A stretch of DNA of 64,000 bases from Podospora anserina (lineage: Eukaryota). Shown piece by piece: positions 1 to 12,352 of this stretch. The position numbers were made by a program, and so were the translations under genes. Location of the stretch: assembly GCA_017654855.1 (NCBI GenBank), contig CM030333.1, positions 3,906,001 to 3,970,000 of the forward strand. Direction: 5' to 3'. The first letter of the stretch is position 1. Each line of letters opens with the position of its first letter. The notes under the pieces are model-generated. The model did not search any database and was not told where the DNA came from. It worked only from the letters and a program-made list of their open reading frames with translations.

Positions 1-35
1 AAGAGGCAAAGAGTGATGAAACCGCTTAGACCAGT

Positions 36-2480
36 TCAGGGCCGACCGAGCATCCCTGCTAGGAAGACAGGGGGCTTCCACCGCAGCCCCACCACCCAGG
101 CATCTCGCCGCAACCCAAGACTGGACGTGCCTGTCCATATCTGGCCGCCGCTATGAACTACTCCTCCACAGATATCTTCCAGCAGACCAATGGGTGACCC
201 ATGGCTAAATGAAGGGACGTTGGTAGAGCTGGGGTGCAGCATCTGAGAGTGCAGCATGTGCGGAATAGCCAGCACGGCATCAATGTCGACGCAAACCTTC
301 CGTGCTCTGAAGAGACGGAATAAAATAAAGAAAGAGAGGGCAGAGCCAGAAGAAAGCAGTGGCCGGAAAATGTCCTGAAAGTTTCATGGATATCTGAGCT
401 TTGCAGTTGACGTTCATGCCGATTACCTGCTGGTTTCAGAAGAGGAGCTCCCGTCTTCAGTGTCCGGCTGTTGCGGATCGATACCGAAAAGGTTGAATCG
501 GCAGTCTTGTTGAAGATGGATGCAGAACCTGGTATCATCCCTTCTCCTCAACGACCCCGCAATCAGAGGCTTGGGAGCTCATCGGAGACGGGAACGCGAT
601 AGAACCCCTCTTCATAACCCAGTGCCTACCCAGTAGTTGGCCTAGCTTGAGAGCGGGAGGCAACATGACATCCAGCCCGTGGATATGTCGGTTCTGAGGG
701 TCCTTGCAACGACGCCGGGTCAGTGGTTGCTCAGGAAGATATCCCGATACCGCTCCTACTTCTGCTCGACACGATTCTTCAGGGCCTCTCTACGAGTGGG
801 CATACATGGTGAGATTATGAAGATTGTAACATCGCGCTGGTCAGGGTGATGGGCTAGGCCGATGCTTGATGGCTCGCACGGACCTCTCAACTTTGCGATG
901 CTGTAACTAAACAGCTGATTGGTGGGCTGGTGCATGAAGGAGTCGTAGGGACTGGAAAGGTGAATGAAGAAGCCTGCTTGAGGCGTCTGAGAGCGGCTGT
1001 ATCCTGTGATCGGTTGCGTAAGAAGAGGAACAAGCGCGAGATTCGCAATCGCTTCGCGGCAATCCCACGTTAACGGTTGTTGCGCCTCAGATCGACGTCC
1101 AGCTCACCAGTGTCATCTAAACTGGCACCTTCCCGGCAGGGCAACGGTAGTTGATGGCGCCGGCGATATGGGGACGGAGCCATCCGCGTGAGCTCAGGCA
1201 TTCTCTTGGTGTGACGGAGTCGAGGATGGACGTTGGCAGTGGGGTCCTGTTCGAACCATGATCCATCTCGAGGACAAACAACTGCCCCACTATGCGGTCC
1301 GATAATTGCTTCACGTTGGGCGGGAGGGCATGAAGCCGGTGGCAAGATCGAAGACATCACTGAATGAATCACTGTAGTGTATCATGGAACTTGTTTCTGC
1401 TCGAACCTGGCAGAAATTGGCCACTGTCATGCGTCCAAAAATGGAAGATCTTGAAGTTGAATGACACTCCATGGCAGGCAGCATGGAAGTGAGGGGTAAG
1501 GTGAATTGCGGGACGTTACTAGCGGCGTTCGTAAAAGGAACTCAACTCAACACCACCACCAGCAAAATAACCTACTTCGTGAGCTCTGGCCGCCGCCGCT
1601 AATCATAGAAATCAGTTCTCTTGCTCGTTATTTCCACGTGGCGGGTTCGATCTTCGTTTGCGGCATGTTCTAGTCATGATCCAGGCCTTCTTCCTGCTTG
1701 GCTTTTAACGGCCGTCAGAGAAGCAGAGAACCTCATCTTCGAATCCGCCCTGCCCAGAGACGCCGCCTTTGCAACAGCAGGACAAGCCGCTAACTTGTCA
1801 ATGCGCTTCATGACTCCAGCCTAATTCAGGATGGTCGAGAACAGACCTTGGAAGGCCATGTGCCTCAAGACAGACACAGCTAAACCTTGTGGACCACACA
1901 TTCTTGACCATATTGACAAAGGGGACTGACACATGTGCGTTGCATGCAGATACCTATCTACATACACATCAACAACCCATCTCTTCCCTCGTTGGCAACG
2001 CGTAGACATCACGAGTACTCATCTTCGACATACAAGCGAGCTGTCCACAAAACACCTTCAGTAGGATATATTCTCTCGACACTTTCTCTAGCTTAATGAT
2101 CAATTCCTCCTCTCAGCCTCGACATCACGCAGCATGGTAGCTGGGCTTGGCGGTTCATCTGATCTTTAGAGTCGCAATACTCCGACTGCAATGCGAGATG
2201 TCTGTACAGACTGGTTTCTCGCGTCACGCAAGACGATCACAGCGCTAATGGATACATCTACCAGATTTTTGATGAAGCTGGATCTCTTGGTAGTGGTTCT
2301 GCAGAGTGATGGTATTTCCAACTTTGCCGGGCATCGCAGCGTGGGGGACGGCACTGTTAGTGAGAGGCAGATGAAGAAAGTGAGCGTTCCCCCTGTCATT
2401 TCATTTGGATGCTGCAATGCTGCAGGTTGATCGACGTTGGTCACCCGGTTTCTGCTATCACTTTTTTTGGGTCTCAAGTC
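36..2480 (-). pseudogene. Possible decayed gene relic(s), family unidentified
   Basis: Minus-strand translation gives protein-like runs broken by stops and frameshifts, e.g. ...PTRREALKNRVEQK*ERYRDIFLSNH*, DTRFCIHLQQDCRFNLFGIDPQQPDTEDG, LIIKLEKVSREYILLKVFCGQLACMSK. No intact ORF and no recognised domain. Confidence 0.25.
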
Positions 2481-4879
2481 GTTTTTCTTGCATGCTTATG
2501 TTGCATTCACCACCATCACCCTGCATTAAATGTTGCTTTCGAGCTCTCTTTACTACAGCAACAACCCTGACCCTTCTGGCGGTGAGCATTTGAAGTCACA
2601 ATCACTCAAATTACCCTGCGGGTTGCAGAGCCACGAGAGAGCACCAAGAGCTTGCAGAAGCGCTGTTTCTTGCCATATTCACGACTTTATACAGCTTATA
2701 CGAGCCATGTAGCGTTGACAAACGGACGGTACTCGGAATCAAACAAACCAACATCATTCAGTTTCCACCAGTACCTACTGGCAAGGGCAAAGGGTATAAG
2801 TGGAGCGATCAGGTATGGCCCATGGCGCACTGGAACCCATCAGCATCTGATATTTGAACTGGCAAGGTGCTGTCCAATCCTTTGTATTAGCATGCTACAT
2901 TTACCTTACTCACCGGCCACACCTTAGACCTTTTCTACAGACAATTGTGGAATACATGAGAGCTATCGACAGGGCATTATTTTGCTGTGGTGTTTTCGTA
3001 CACTGATACCTACCTACACAAGTGAGTACATCTAACGGTCAGCAAATCCTTTCCTCATCGGGACAGCTGGGCTAACCGACCGCGGCAAAGTCTTGCCTAA
3101 CTCGGGGGGTTACTCAACCCCTGAAAAGATTTTGGCTGTGGATCTTCTGAAGCCGCGATCTCTCCGAGATCCTCAGGGATCATGTTCTTATGTCACATAC
3201 TTAAGGACAGGGGGCCGCGCTCGGTCTCGACAATCCACAGAATGTTGCTCCGATGCTCGCGGGGCTGGATGCTGTTGCTCCAAAGCAAGCCACCGAGTCT
3301 ACGCGCGATGAAGCGCACGCCAGACCAACAGTAAGTAAACACATTCAGAAGCTTGAGCTATCGTATAACAACTCCAAGACATTTACCCCGAAAAATATCA
3401 GAAACAAAGCATGCAGGTCAAACTCGGCAGAAACGAAACAAGGACCCAAGCTTTTCGGAAGCGGGGCAACGAGGTTGAGAAACACTGTTTCATCCAGGAT
3501 GTGCTAGAGACTGGGGCTATCATTGGTCAAGTGGCCAGAGTAGCTCAACTACCACCACCCCTTCTCTCGTCCTGATATCCTATTCATGAATAGCCTCATA
3601 GGCTTGAACGGCGCCATTGACGAGGCAAAGCAAAATCCAGGTAGCTTTGCACGGGATCAACGCGGTTTGATATCATCCCCTTGGTCTAGTCCGAGCCTTC
3701 GTCTCAATCAAGGACGGGAAGGGAGCACTTTGCGGGAAATGGATGCCCTCTTCAGTCGGTCTTCGGGCTGGGAAAAGAGCAAGAGGTGCAATCTTTGAAG
3801 CAACGCACAGGTCAAGCGATGCAAGCACTCAAAGTCCGCAATTTCTCTGCCGTCCATGGCTATAGAGATCGCAAGGCCGTGCGCACTCGTCGACTTCACA
3901 AAGCAGCGCACAATATCAGGGTGAGGGAGCAAAGTGAGGAGGATGTCTCGGTAGCATTGTGACGCCCATCACTTTCCCACAATGTGTATCTGCTTGATCA
4001 TGCTGTAGGGCAGGCGTTATCTCCCTTTTCTGCCCAAACTCCGTGGGCTTTTCGTTACCCCTGTTTCCAATCGTACGATTTTGACGAAGCTTGTTGCAGT
4101 GACAGTGGACCTTTAGTTTTTTCCCCCCTCATTTTGAGATCACAGATTTTCGATTACTGTTACAAAGGAAAGAAAAAAGAAACTGCTATTAATAACAAGC
4201 AGCATTATAGCGCACCTCCCATGCAATCGAGACCCCATGAGGGGCCTGGTCCATTCTAACGCGAGTCACGCACAAGGGCACGATATATCCTGTGATCACC
4301 AAGGCATGCGATGGTTGGGCATTGGTATCGTTGTATCGCGGCATCACATTCGAGCATCACCACTTTTGACAGCTTGACACCATCACTATCACACGGATGC
4401 AGGCTGATAGCACCGTGTCTGTTATAGCAGTCTGCTAAATCTTGGGTGAACACATGGACTGGTTGAGAGCAACAATTGATAACAATGATCGAGACTCGAT
4501 GTGATGACGAACAGCAACCTGCAGAAAGGCCTTTAATATGATCAGATAAATGGCTCAAGATCGTCTGGATCTGTTGCTGTTCAACATCTTGACCCTCGAT
4601 GGGATGGCCAAAGGATCCGAGGGAGTCCTGGACTGTGTCAGTCTGGCACAGCCATCATGTGCAGACATCACATACCCCAATCACTTGCATCAGCACACAA
4701 TACATCTATCCATGAGGCCCATGCATCGTTCTTGGTGCAGGTGAGCAACCACTGTCCGCAGCTTTGCGGTTCAGTGGAAAGCAATGCTCGCTTTCTGTAC
4801 TGCAAGAAAACCCCAGCCCAAGATAATGTTTGTTTCTTTTGTGGTCAAGTTTGAGGTGATGATCGCTGACAGATACCGG

Positions 4880-6034
4880 TCACTAGCTTGCTAACGTCAT
4901 GGATCGTCTCCAACGGGCCGGGAGAGGCGCAGTTTACGTTTCACCTGCTGGGCGGTCTTCCAGTTTGTTTCTCGGTTCTTGAAGCTTCGTGGTTGGCGTT
5001 CACCTTCTTCACACCACCACCATTGGCGATCCGGACCGGCCCTTTTCTGTTTGACGTTCGCCGGAGGTTAAGTCTGGGGAATAACGACCAGAACCATACG
5101 AGGAGCCCATCCACCCTCTCGGGTCGAGTCTCGCTGTCTCAGGACGGGGATCGACACGATAAAAGCTCGTCTTAAGACGCCCATCGCGGCACTTTTGGGA
5201 CCTTTGGCAATCATTTGATGGCCCAGCTGTGCTTTGTCACGGAATATTCCATACACCACCTTCCCCATGCGTCGCTTGCGATGGTGGTGGTCGTTGCTCT
5301 GGTCTTGAATACTTGACAGCCCCCCATTGGTCGCTTATCGCCGCGGGGAAAGGGGTGACAGGGACCGGGCCTGCGGCACAACCACGCCTCCCAGAACCCA
5401 AAACACTGGCTTGGGAACCCTCACCAAGATCTTATTCAGCAGATCGTTTGGAATTTGGGGGGAGCGCTGGTGATAGGACAACCGATACGAACATATTGTT
5501 TTCTTTTGCAGACGGGGTTGAAGCCCTCGGATCGTAAGCGATGCTGCTGCTGGTAAGAGGCATCGCCGACATGGTTGACGCTGATGGTCCAAACAAACTC
5601 AACAGGGGGACCACGTTTCCTCTCCAAACTCCATCTGATCTATGTACGAGCAGTGCGACGATGAGGGTGGTCAACGTGCGCGCTTCAAAGGGAAAGGTAT
5701 GTTACACCTTGAGAAGATGACGAGCGGCCCGTCATTCCCTTCAAAAGCAGTGAACAGATACATCCCAATCTGCAGAAAAGCAAGACATAAATAGCTTCAT
5801 CGTCCGAGCGGGCATACCATTTTCTGCAAGCACTTGAACCAGCTTTTTCGCTGTGATGTTGACCTTTCTTTCATCAACACACCGGCCGTGCTCTCGGGCG
5901 TGCTCCGACTGCATGTTCCTTCGTCTGCGCCGCACAGAATATCGCTGCACGAGACTAGCTTCGCTTCGATGCGTGTTGCAAGGTTCCTGAGACAACAGCG
6001 GGGGAGAAAGCTGCCTGCCAAGCATCACCTCCAA
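4880..6034 (-). pseudogene. Possible decayed gene relic with in-frame stops
   Basis: ORFs 5741..6034 and 5432..5674 lie in the same minus-strand frame (starts 360 nt apart), joined by RE*RAARHLLKV*HTFPFEART. The frame continues past further stops toward ~4900. No family recognised. Confidence 0.25.
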
Positions 6035-9000
6035 GGTCCTTCAAGATCGGACGAAATGCCTCCACCCTCACCACGTTTTTCTTTAGTCTCGAAACAAACG
6101 CTAGTGAAAGAGAGAGAAAAAAAAGGTTTAAGCGCGAGGGGGGCCTGATCGGAATGCTCGGGGAAAAGAAGAAGAAGAAGTTTAGTTTAAAGCGAGCAGA
6201 AACCGGGAGGATGATTCCCGATATTTCGGCTTTCGGCCGACAAGCACTCAATCGGCGGTTGTCTCCGTTTGGCAAGACCCGGCCACCGCGGCGCTGGGAC
6301 GGTGGGGCCCCGGGAGCTCTTCCGCGCTCCATCCAGCAACGGCGGGGTCAAGCAACTCTGTTTCCAAGGCTTTTCCCCCTGCTTTTTCCTTGCCCGGAAC
6401 CACCAATGTTCAACAGGAGGACAACGGCAGCCAAACGCACGAAATCTTGTTCCCACGTCGCAACGATTCGAAGTGCCCAAGAGAACCACTGCCGGCATTC
6501 GCTGCTACATACAGCAGGCAGATATGTGAATCCCCAAGGATCATGTTGCACCATTTGCTATCCAGACATCTCGATGTACGGTACGGTACCTACTGTCTGC
6601 CTGCGATAACAACTCACTCCACACGATCTATCATTGATGTTTCGAACTGTCAAGTTTGCGGTGTTTCAAAACTCCAAACTTTTTATCACCTGACCTTGGA
6701 AGAAGCATTAATGATATTTCTTGATACACAATCTCCCTGCTCCGAAATTGCCCGTATGCTAGTGTGGGTTTTACTAGGTTGTATCCAAATGTATGTTGGG
6801 TGCTTTTGCATTATAGCCCACGAGATGATCATATCATATCACCAGGTGGCATATAGCATTGACACAGGGTCTCTGCAAAGAAGATTTAAACATTGAAACC
6901 TCACAATTTACTTGCAACATGACGCGGGGAATGCTGCATTGTTTGAACATACTGCTACGGAACAATGATTAAGAGGCGAGTGCCGTCAGACAACCCCCTA
7001 TTAGACCCTTATCCAGAACGATGGGAGATGATGTCTTGGTAAAAAGCTTCTATTTCTTATCAATGGTTGCGATAGGTGTTGATGAGGGAACCACCAAGAC
7101 TTCTTAGAGTAGGGAGCAGAGGGTATACGGGAGGTGTTATACGTATGCAGGAGGGCACCATTGGAATAGCCTCAAATGGGGAAAAATAAGCACGTTCCCG
7201 TCGATAGAATATCACCTGCTCGGAACGACATAGGAAAAGCTTCCAAACATACTCTGTCAAATATCTTGAGTGGTATTTTTGGCCTAAGAATGAAGAGACA
7301 TTTACTACCCGTGACAGCCTCGTTTTCCCTCGATGCTGCGAAAAGCTCGTTGTCATGCAAAGTGGACAGAAAGAGAACTTAGAAATGCTTATATTTGAAA
7401 CAAGCCTGAACCTCTACATCCATGGGCTACCATGGGATATTACCTTCAGTTATGAACTATACTCATCAAGGGAGATAGTAAGCATCTGAAGCATCAGCCT
7501 TGAGCATATGGCGCATATGTCTCGACCCCGGATTATTTTACACTGTGACATCGCCTAACGTCTTGAGCGGAATTCCAAGACCAAAGTCAACGTAGACATG
7601 CTCGCAAATCTTGCTTCAATCTCAATACTAGACCAAGACTCGCATCTTGGTGTCACAGAGCAGTTCCCAGCCAAGCCGAAGAGAGGCCACCTTTCAACTC
7701 CTAAAGTAGCAAGAGTAGCGGACCCAAATATGAGGTATCGTGACATCGCCCTTTACGAAGTGTGGTCTCTATCCCCCGTCTTGCATATTGTGGGAGGTGT
7801 TTGAGGTCTTCAAACGCTGGTTGCATACTTGTACATGTTGCTGAGCCCTTTTGGACATCATCAGATTGGATTTCCTGTTGTTACACGGTGAATCAAAACC
7901 ATGAAGCTTCAGACACTGTTGAATGACGAGCATGTGAAGGTCATGGTAGCTCTACCATCCAGCAGACATCACCACATGTGCCTGGCCATACCAACACAGG
8001 TAGGTACGAGACTCTTGAGCTTAGTCCCTATTACCCATATCACCATACACTTCACCAATCCCATCCAGGTAGGGTATACATGCCCACAGGTAAAGCAATT
8101 CCAAGGAATGGAATCATGTCATGAACAGGCTGTTACTCTACCACAATACAGATCAACATGAGCACATGGCTCTCCGCATTCTACGACTTGTCACTGCAGC
8201 ATATCCCCGACTTACGAGGTAAGCCGTCTTGGTTGCGGTCGCTCCACGCTGTGTCGGCACTTGGGATCGTAACCTCGGAGCTCAGTTGGGCAGTGGAGAG
8301 AAGATAGCAGTGATGTCCAAGGCAGGTGGTTGTACAGTCATGAAGTTGGGGCACAATTAAGACACGGAGGCTGATACTTGTCTTACACAGATTATAACTC
8401 GTTTATTGGGTATGAAATAGGATGAGAACTTCGGCTCGGCTGGGTGAATACCATACATTATCCTTCTCGAACCTTTGAACAGGAGGGTAACCACCCGCCT
8501 GTGCCTTGTTTCAGCTTTTCAGGTCAAAACTTAGGGACTGAGGGTCGAAGTTCAAATGGTTTAGAAGTCTGGGATGAGATCTTTGCTAGCCGAATGGTGC
8601 TCAGTGTTTAAGTTGAGGATTGTAAGAATTGGCGAATCAGATAGCGCTCCTGACCCAAGAAGCGGGAGAGATAATGGGTGCTTGGGACTGAAACATGTTT
8701 CGTGTGGAAGTTCGGATGAGTGAGTGCGGCTCGGAGGTAAGCTTCCAGAGCTTCAAAGCTCTCATCTGGTCTCCGTGGAGGTAAGTGCATAGTTATCATT
8801 CCGAAGGAGCTTATTAAATCAAGAAGGTGCTGAAAATAAAACATGTCTCTTGGCGGTTAAGTGATCTTATTTAGAGAGTTTGTGTAAGATCTTGACTTTG
8901 AATTGAGGTCAATAACTGAGAGGATGAAAAGCGAGGTGATCGTGATCCAGTGACAAATCACGTGCTCCACTTTTCGACGTCACACCGGTTGTAGCCTATC

Positions 9001-9117
9001 AGCTTGTCGCAATTGTGCCCCTCCATTCCTCAAGGTGACGAACTAGGAAGGCGTGAGGTAAAAGGGTAGCTCAGGTCAGGCATCAAATCAACCATTGACT
9101 TTGGACGGAAGCTCCTC

Positions 9118-11302
9118 ATGTGGAGTTCGCTCTTCCGACGACAGGCGGGGAAAACAGCCATCACCACCACCACCATCACCAGAATCACAGCTCACCAACA
9201 ACAACGATTCGTAAGCCGCCTCACCTACACAAACGGCACCATGAGAGATCCGAACACCCTCTCTAATTATGATGCCTGGCGCACCCGGCACACCACTACC
9301 AACCTCAAGGTGGATTTCACTTCCAAATCCCTTCGCGGCAAGGTCATACTCGAGCTTGAGTCTCAGACGGACGAGAGCAGCAAGGAGATCATCCTTGACT
9401 CTAGCTACCTAGATGTTTCAGCCATTAAGCTGTCTGGGGAGTCCACCAAATGGGAGATCAAAGACCGCCAAGGAGCCAACGGATCCCCGGTTCACATTGC
9501 CGTCCCTAACGGTGCCCCCAAGGGAGATGTCGTCAAGGTCGAAATCGATGTTGCTACCACGGACAAGTGCACAGCTCTGCAGTGGTTGACTCCCGCCCAG
9601 ACGAGCAATAAGAAAGCTCCGTTCATGTTCAGTCAATGCCAGGCCATTCATGCCAGGAGTTTGTTCCCTTGCCAGGATACTCCTGACGTAAAGAGCACCT
9701 ATACCTTCAACATCACCAGTCCACATGTCGTTGTTGCGAGCGGTGTCCCGGTGAAGGGCGGTGAGACTGAGGGAGAGGGCGACGAGAAGGTTTACAAGTT
9801 TGAGCAAAAGGTTCCTATTCCATCGTATCTCTATGCGTTGGCCTCAGGAGATATCGAGAGCGCGCCGATTGGAAGGATATCCTCTGTTGCTACTGGGCCT
9901 AATGAGCTGAAGGCTTCGCAGTGGGAGTTGGAGGGTGATATGGACAAGTTCCTGGATGCTGCAGAGAAGATTGTCTTCCCGTATAAGTGGGGAGAGTATA
10001 ATGTTTTGGTGTTGCCGCCAAGCTTCCCTTACGGAGGTGAGTGATGGTTGAACTGTTGGTAGCATGACATGCAAGGACTGACATATGGTAGGCATGGAGA
10101 ACCCTATCTTTACTTTTGCTACACCGACGATTATCAGCGGCGACAAGCAGAATATCGATGTCATTGCTCATGAGCTGGCTCACTCATGGAGCGGAAATCT
10201 GGTGACGAGCTGCAGTTGGGAGCACTTGTAAGTCACTGCGAGCACATTGGGAACTATTCTAGGCCTGCTTCTAACTCTAGCGTTTTAGCTGGCTGAATGA
10301 GGGCTGGACCATGTATCTTGAGCGTCGTATTCAGGCTTCGATTCACGGTAGTGAGGCTCACATCGATTTCTCCGCCATTCGCGGATGGAAAGCCCTTGGT
10401 AAGTCTCGAGGCCATATACTGCCCGGTACCTTGCTAATATCGTCTAGAGGAGTCCATCGAAGAGTTTGGCAAGGATCACGAGTTCACCAAGCTCTGCATC
10501 AGCCATAAGGGTATTGATCCAGATGATGCTTTCAGCACGGTGCCTTATGAGAAGGGCTTCCACTTCATCTACTACCTCGACAAACTTGTCGGGCGTGAGA
10601 ACTTTGACAAGTTCATCCCTCACTACTTTAGCAAGTGGGCGAACAAGTCTCTTGACTCGTTCGAGTTCAAAGATACCTTCCTCGGGTTCTTCAGCGCCCC
10701 GGAATACGCCAGCCTGAAAAACAAGATCGCGGAGATTGACTGGGAGGGCCGCTTTTACAACACTGGCCTTCCACCAAAGCCCGAGTTTGACACATCGCTT
10801 GTTGATGAGTGCTACAAGCTGGCAGAAAAGTGGAAGCAGAAGGATTTCCAGCCCAGCCCGTCGGACATCGAGGGATGGACTGGTAACCAAATTCTCGTTC
10901 TGTTGAACGAGGTTCAAGACTTTGAAGAGCCTTTGTCTGTCGAGCAGTCGGTATGTTCTGAACAGAGTACTCTCATTTCCTGGTCCCTATTTTCGCAAGC
11001 TGACACAGGAATAGCAATCCCTCGGCGAGACTTATGGCCTGACAGACTCCAAGAATGCTGAGCTGAAGTCGGCCTATTACCACATCGCCATGAAGGCCCA
11101 GGATACCAGCTCTTATCAGGGTGTGGCTGACCTTCTTGGGGAGGTAGGGCGCATGAAGTTTGTTCGCCCTCTGTACCGGAGCTTGAACAAGGTGGCTCGC
11201 GACCTTGCGCTGGAGACGTTTGAGAAGCACAAGGACTTTTATCATCCCATTTGCCGGCAGCTGGTTGAGAAGGACCTTGGAGTGGCTAGTAACAGTGCTT
11301 AA
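9118..11302 (+). CDS. LAP2: Leukotriene A4 hydrolase / M1 family zinc aminopeptidase (Lap2-like), 5 exons
   Basis: Exons 9118-10036, 10092-10227, 10289-10398, 10448-10950, 11015-11302 with GT..AG introns and CTAAC/CTGAC-type branch sites. Spliced protein has [27 protein letters not shown] (GxMEN), HELAH...WLNEGW zinc motif, PYEKG and [10 protein letters not shown]. The conserved start may be the second ATG at 9241. Confidence 0.95.
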
Positions 11303-12352
11303 GCCATTCTATATCAGGCTCGAATTACCAATCAATGAACCCAACTTCACGGCGTAGCCAACGAAACAGACATTTTTGCCCGAAAGGCCAAAAACACTCC
11401 AACATTTTGTTTGTAGCACAATATCATGTTTTGGGTGTGGTATTCCCCGAAAAAATATCAGCCGCTACCTAAAAGCCCGTGGAGCCTTGTAAGAGACAGG
11501 GAAGAGGGTGCTAAATGAAAGACATGCAGGTACACAGAAGCTATGATGGTATGTTTTGAGATGAATAACCAAAGATCTCGTACACATGAACTGCTCATTT
11601 GATGTACAAAACATGATCACCGGTTACTTACATGCGAAGAAAACTTAATTTCCAGCCATGACGAAGCTTTCTGCTGTCCAATAAGCTTCGGCCCCACCCT
11701 CCAGACCAGTTTGTCAACCCTGGTTCAGCGTCGAGTTCCAGCGAGCGCATGCCGCTGGCAGCGTTCGCGCTGTCGCGTTCTGTCCCCGAGTTTTGTTGAC
11801 ACGGAACAGCACTTCTAGAAATCCCAGATCCTCCAGAGATCGCCAACCACCCCGACAGACATAGACGAGGCGCACAGTTCCCAACAGCCATCTCCTCAGT
11901 AGCTTCTGACCTGTCGCGCGCACAACACAGGCGAAGCTTCCAAACATCCCTTCGCGCACCGCTTTGACTCTTAACCACGATACCTAGCCCAATAACTTTG
12001 ACAACTCCATTTTCCTCTAGGCCCCCGCGCACCTCCCCCGCAGACACGATCTCGATAAAGAGGTCCACCGTCCAGCCATTCCGCCCAGCATTCCCACCAC
12101 CATACCTGCACCGCAGTAGGAAACACGACGATAAACCCCTCCTTGTTTTTGGCGTGGTGGAGGATGCGCGCGAATGTTGTTTTACAGACTGGGAACTACA
12201 TGCTGGGAAATACCACGAGGGACTAGATTGCTCGATTAGCGAAACCCATCCGACGAGCTGTTTGTCCCTCCACCTCAGGGCCACAAAACAAACACGCACG
12301 AAGAAATTGGAGGTCTACTTTGTAAAGAGGAGATACACCACAAGTTCTAACC

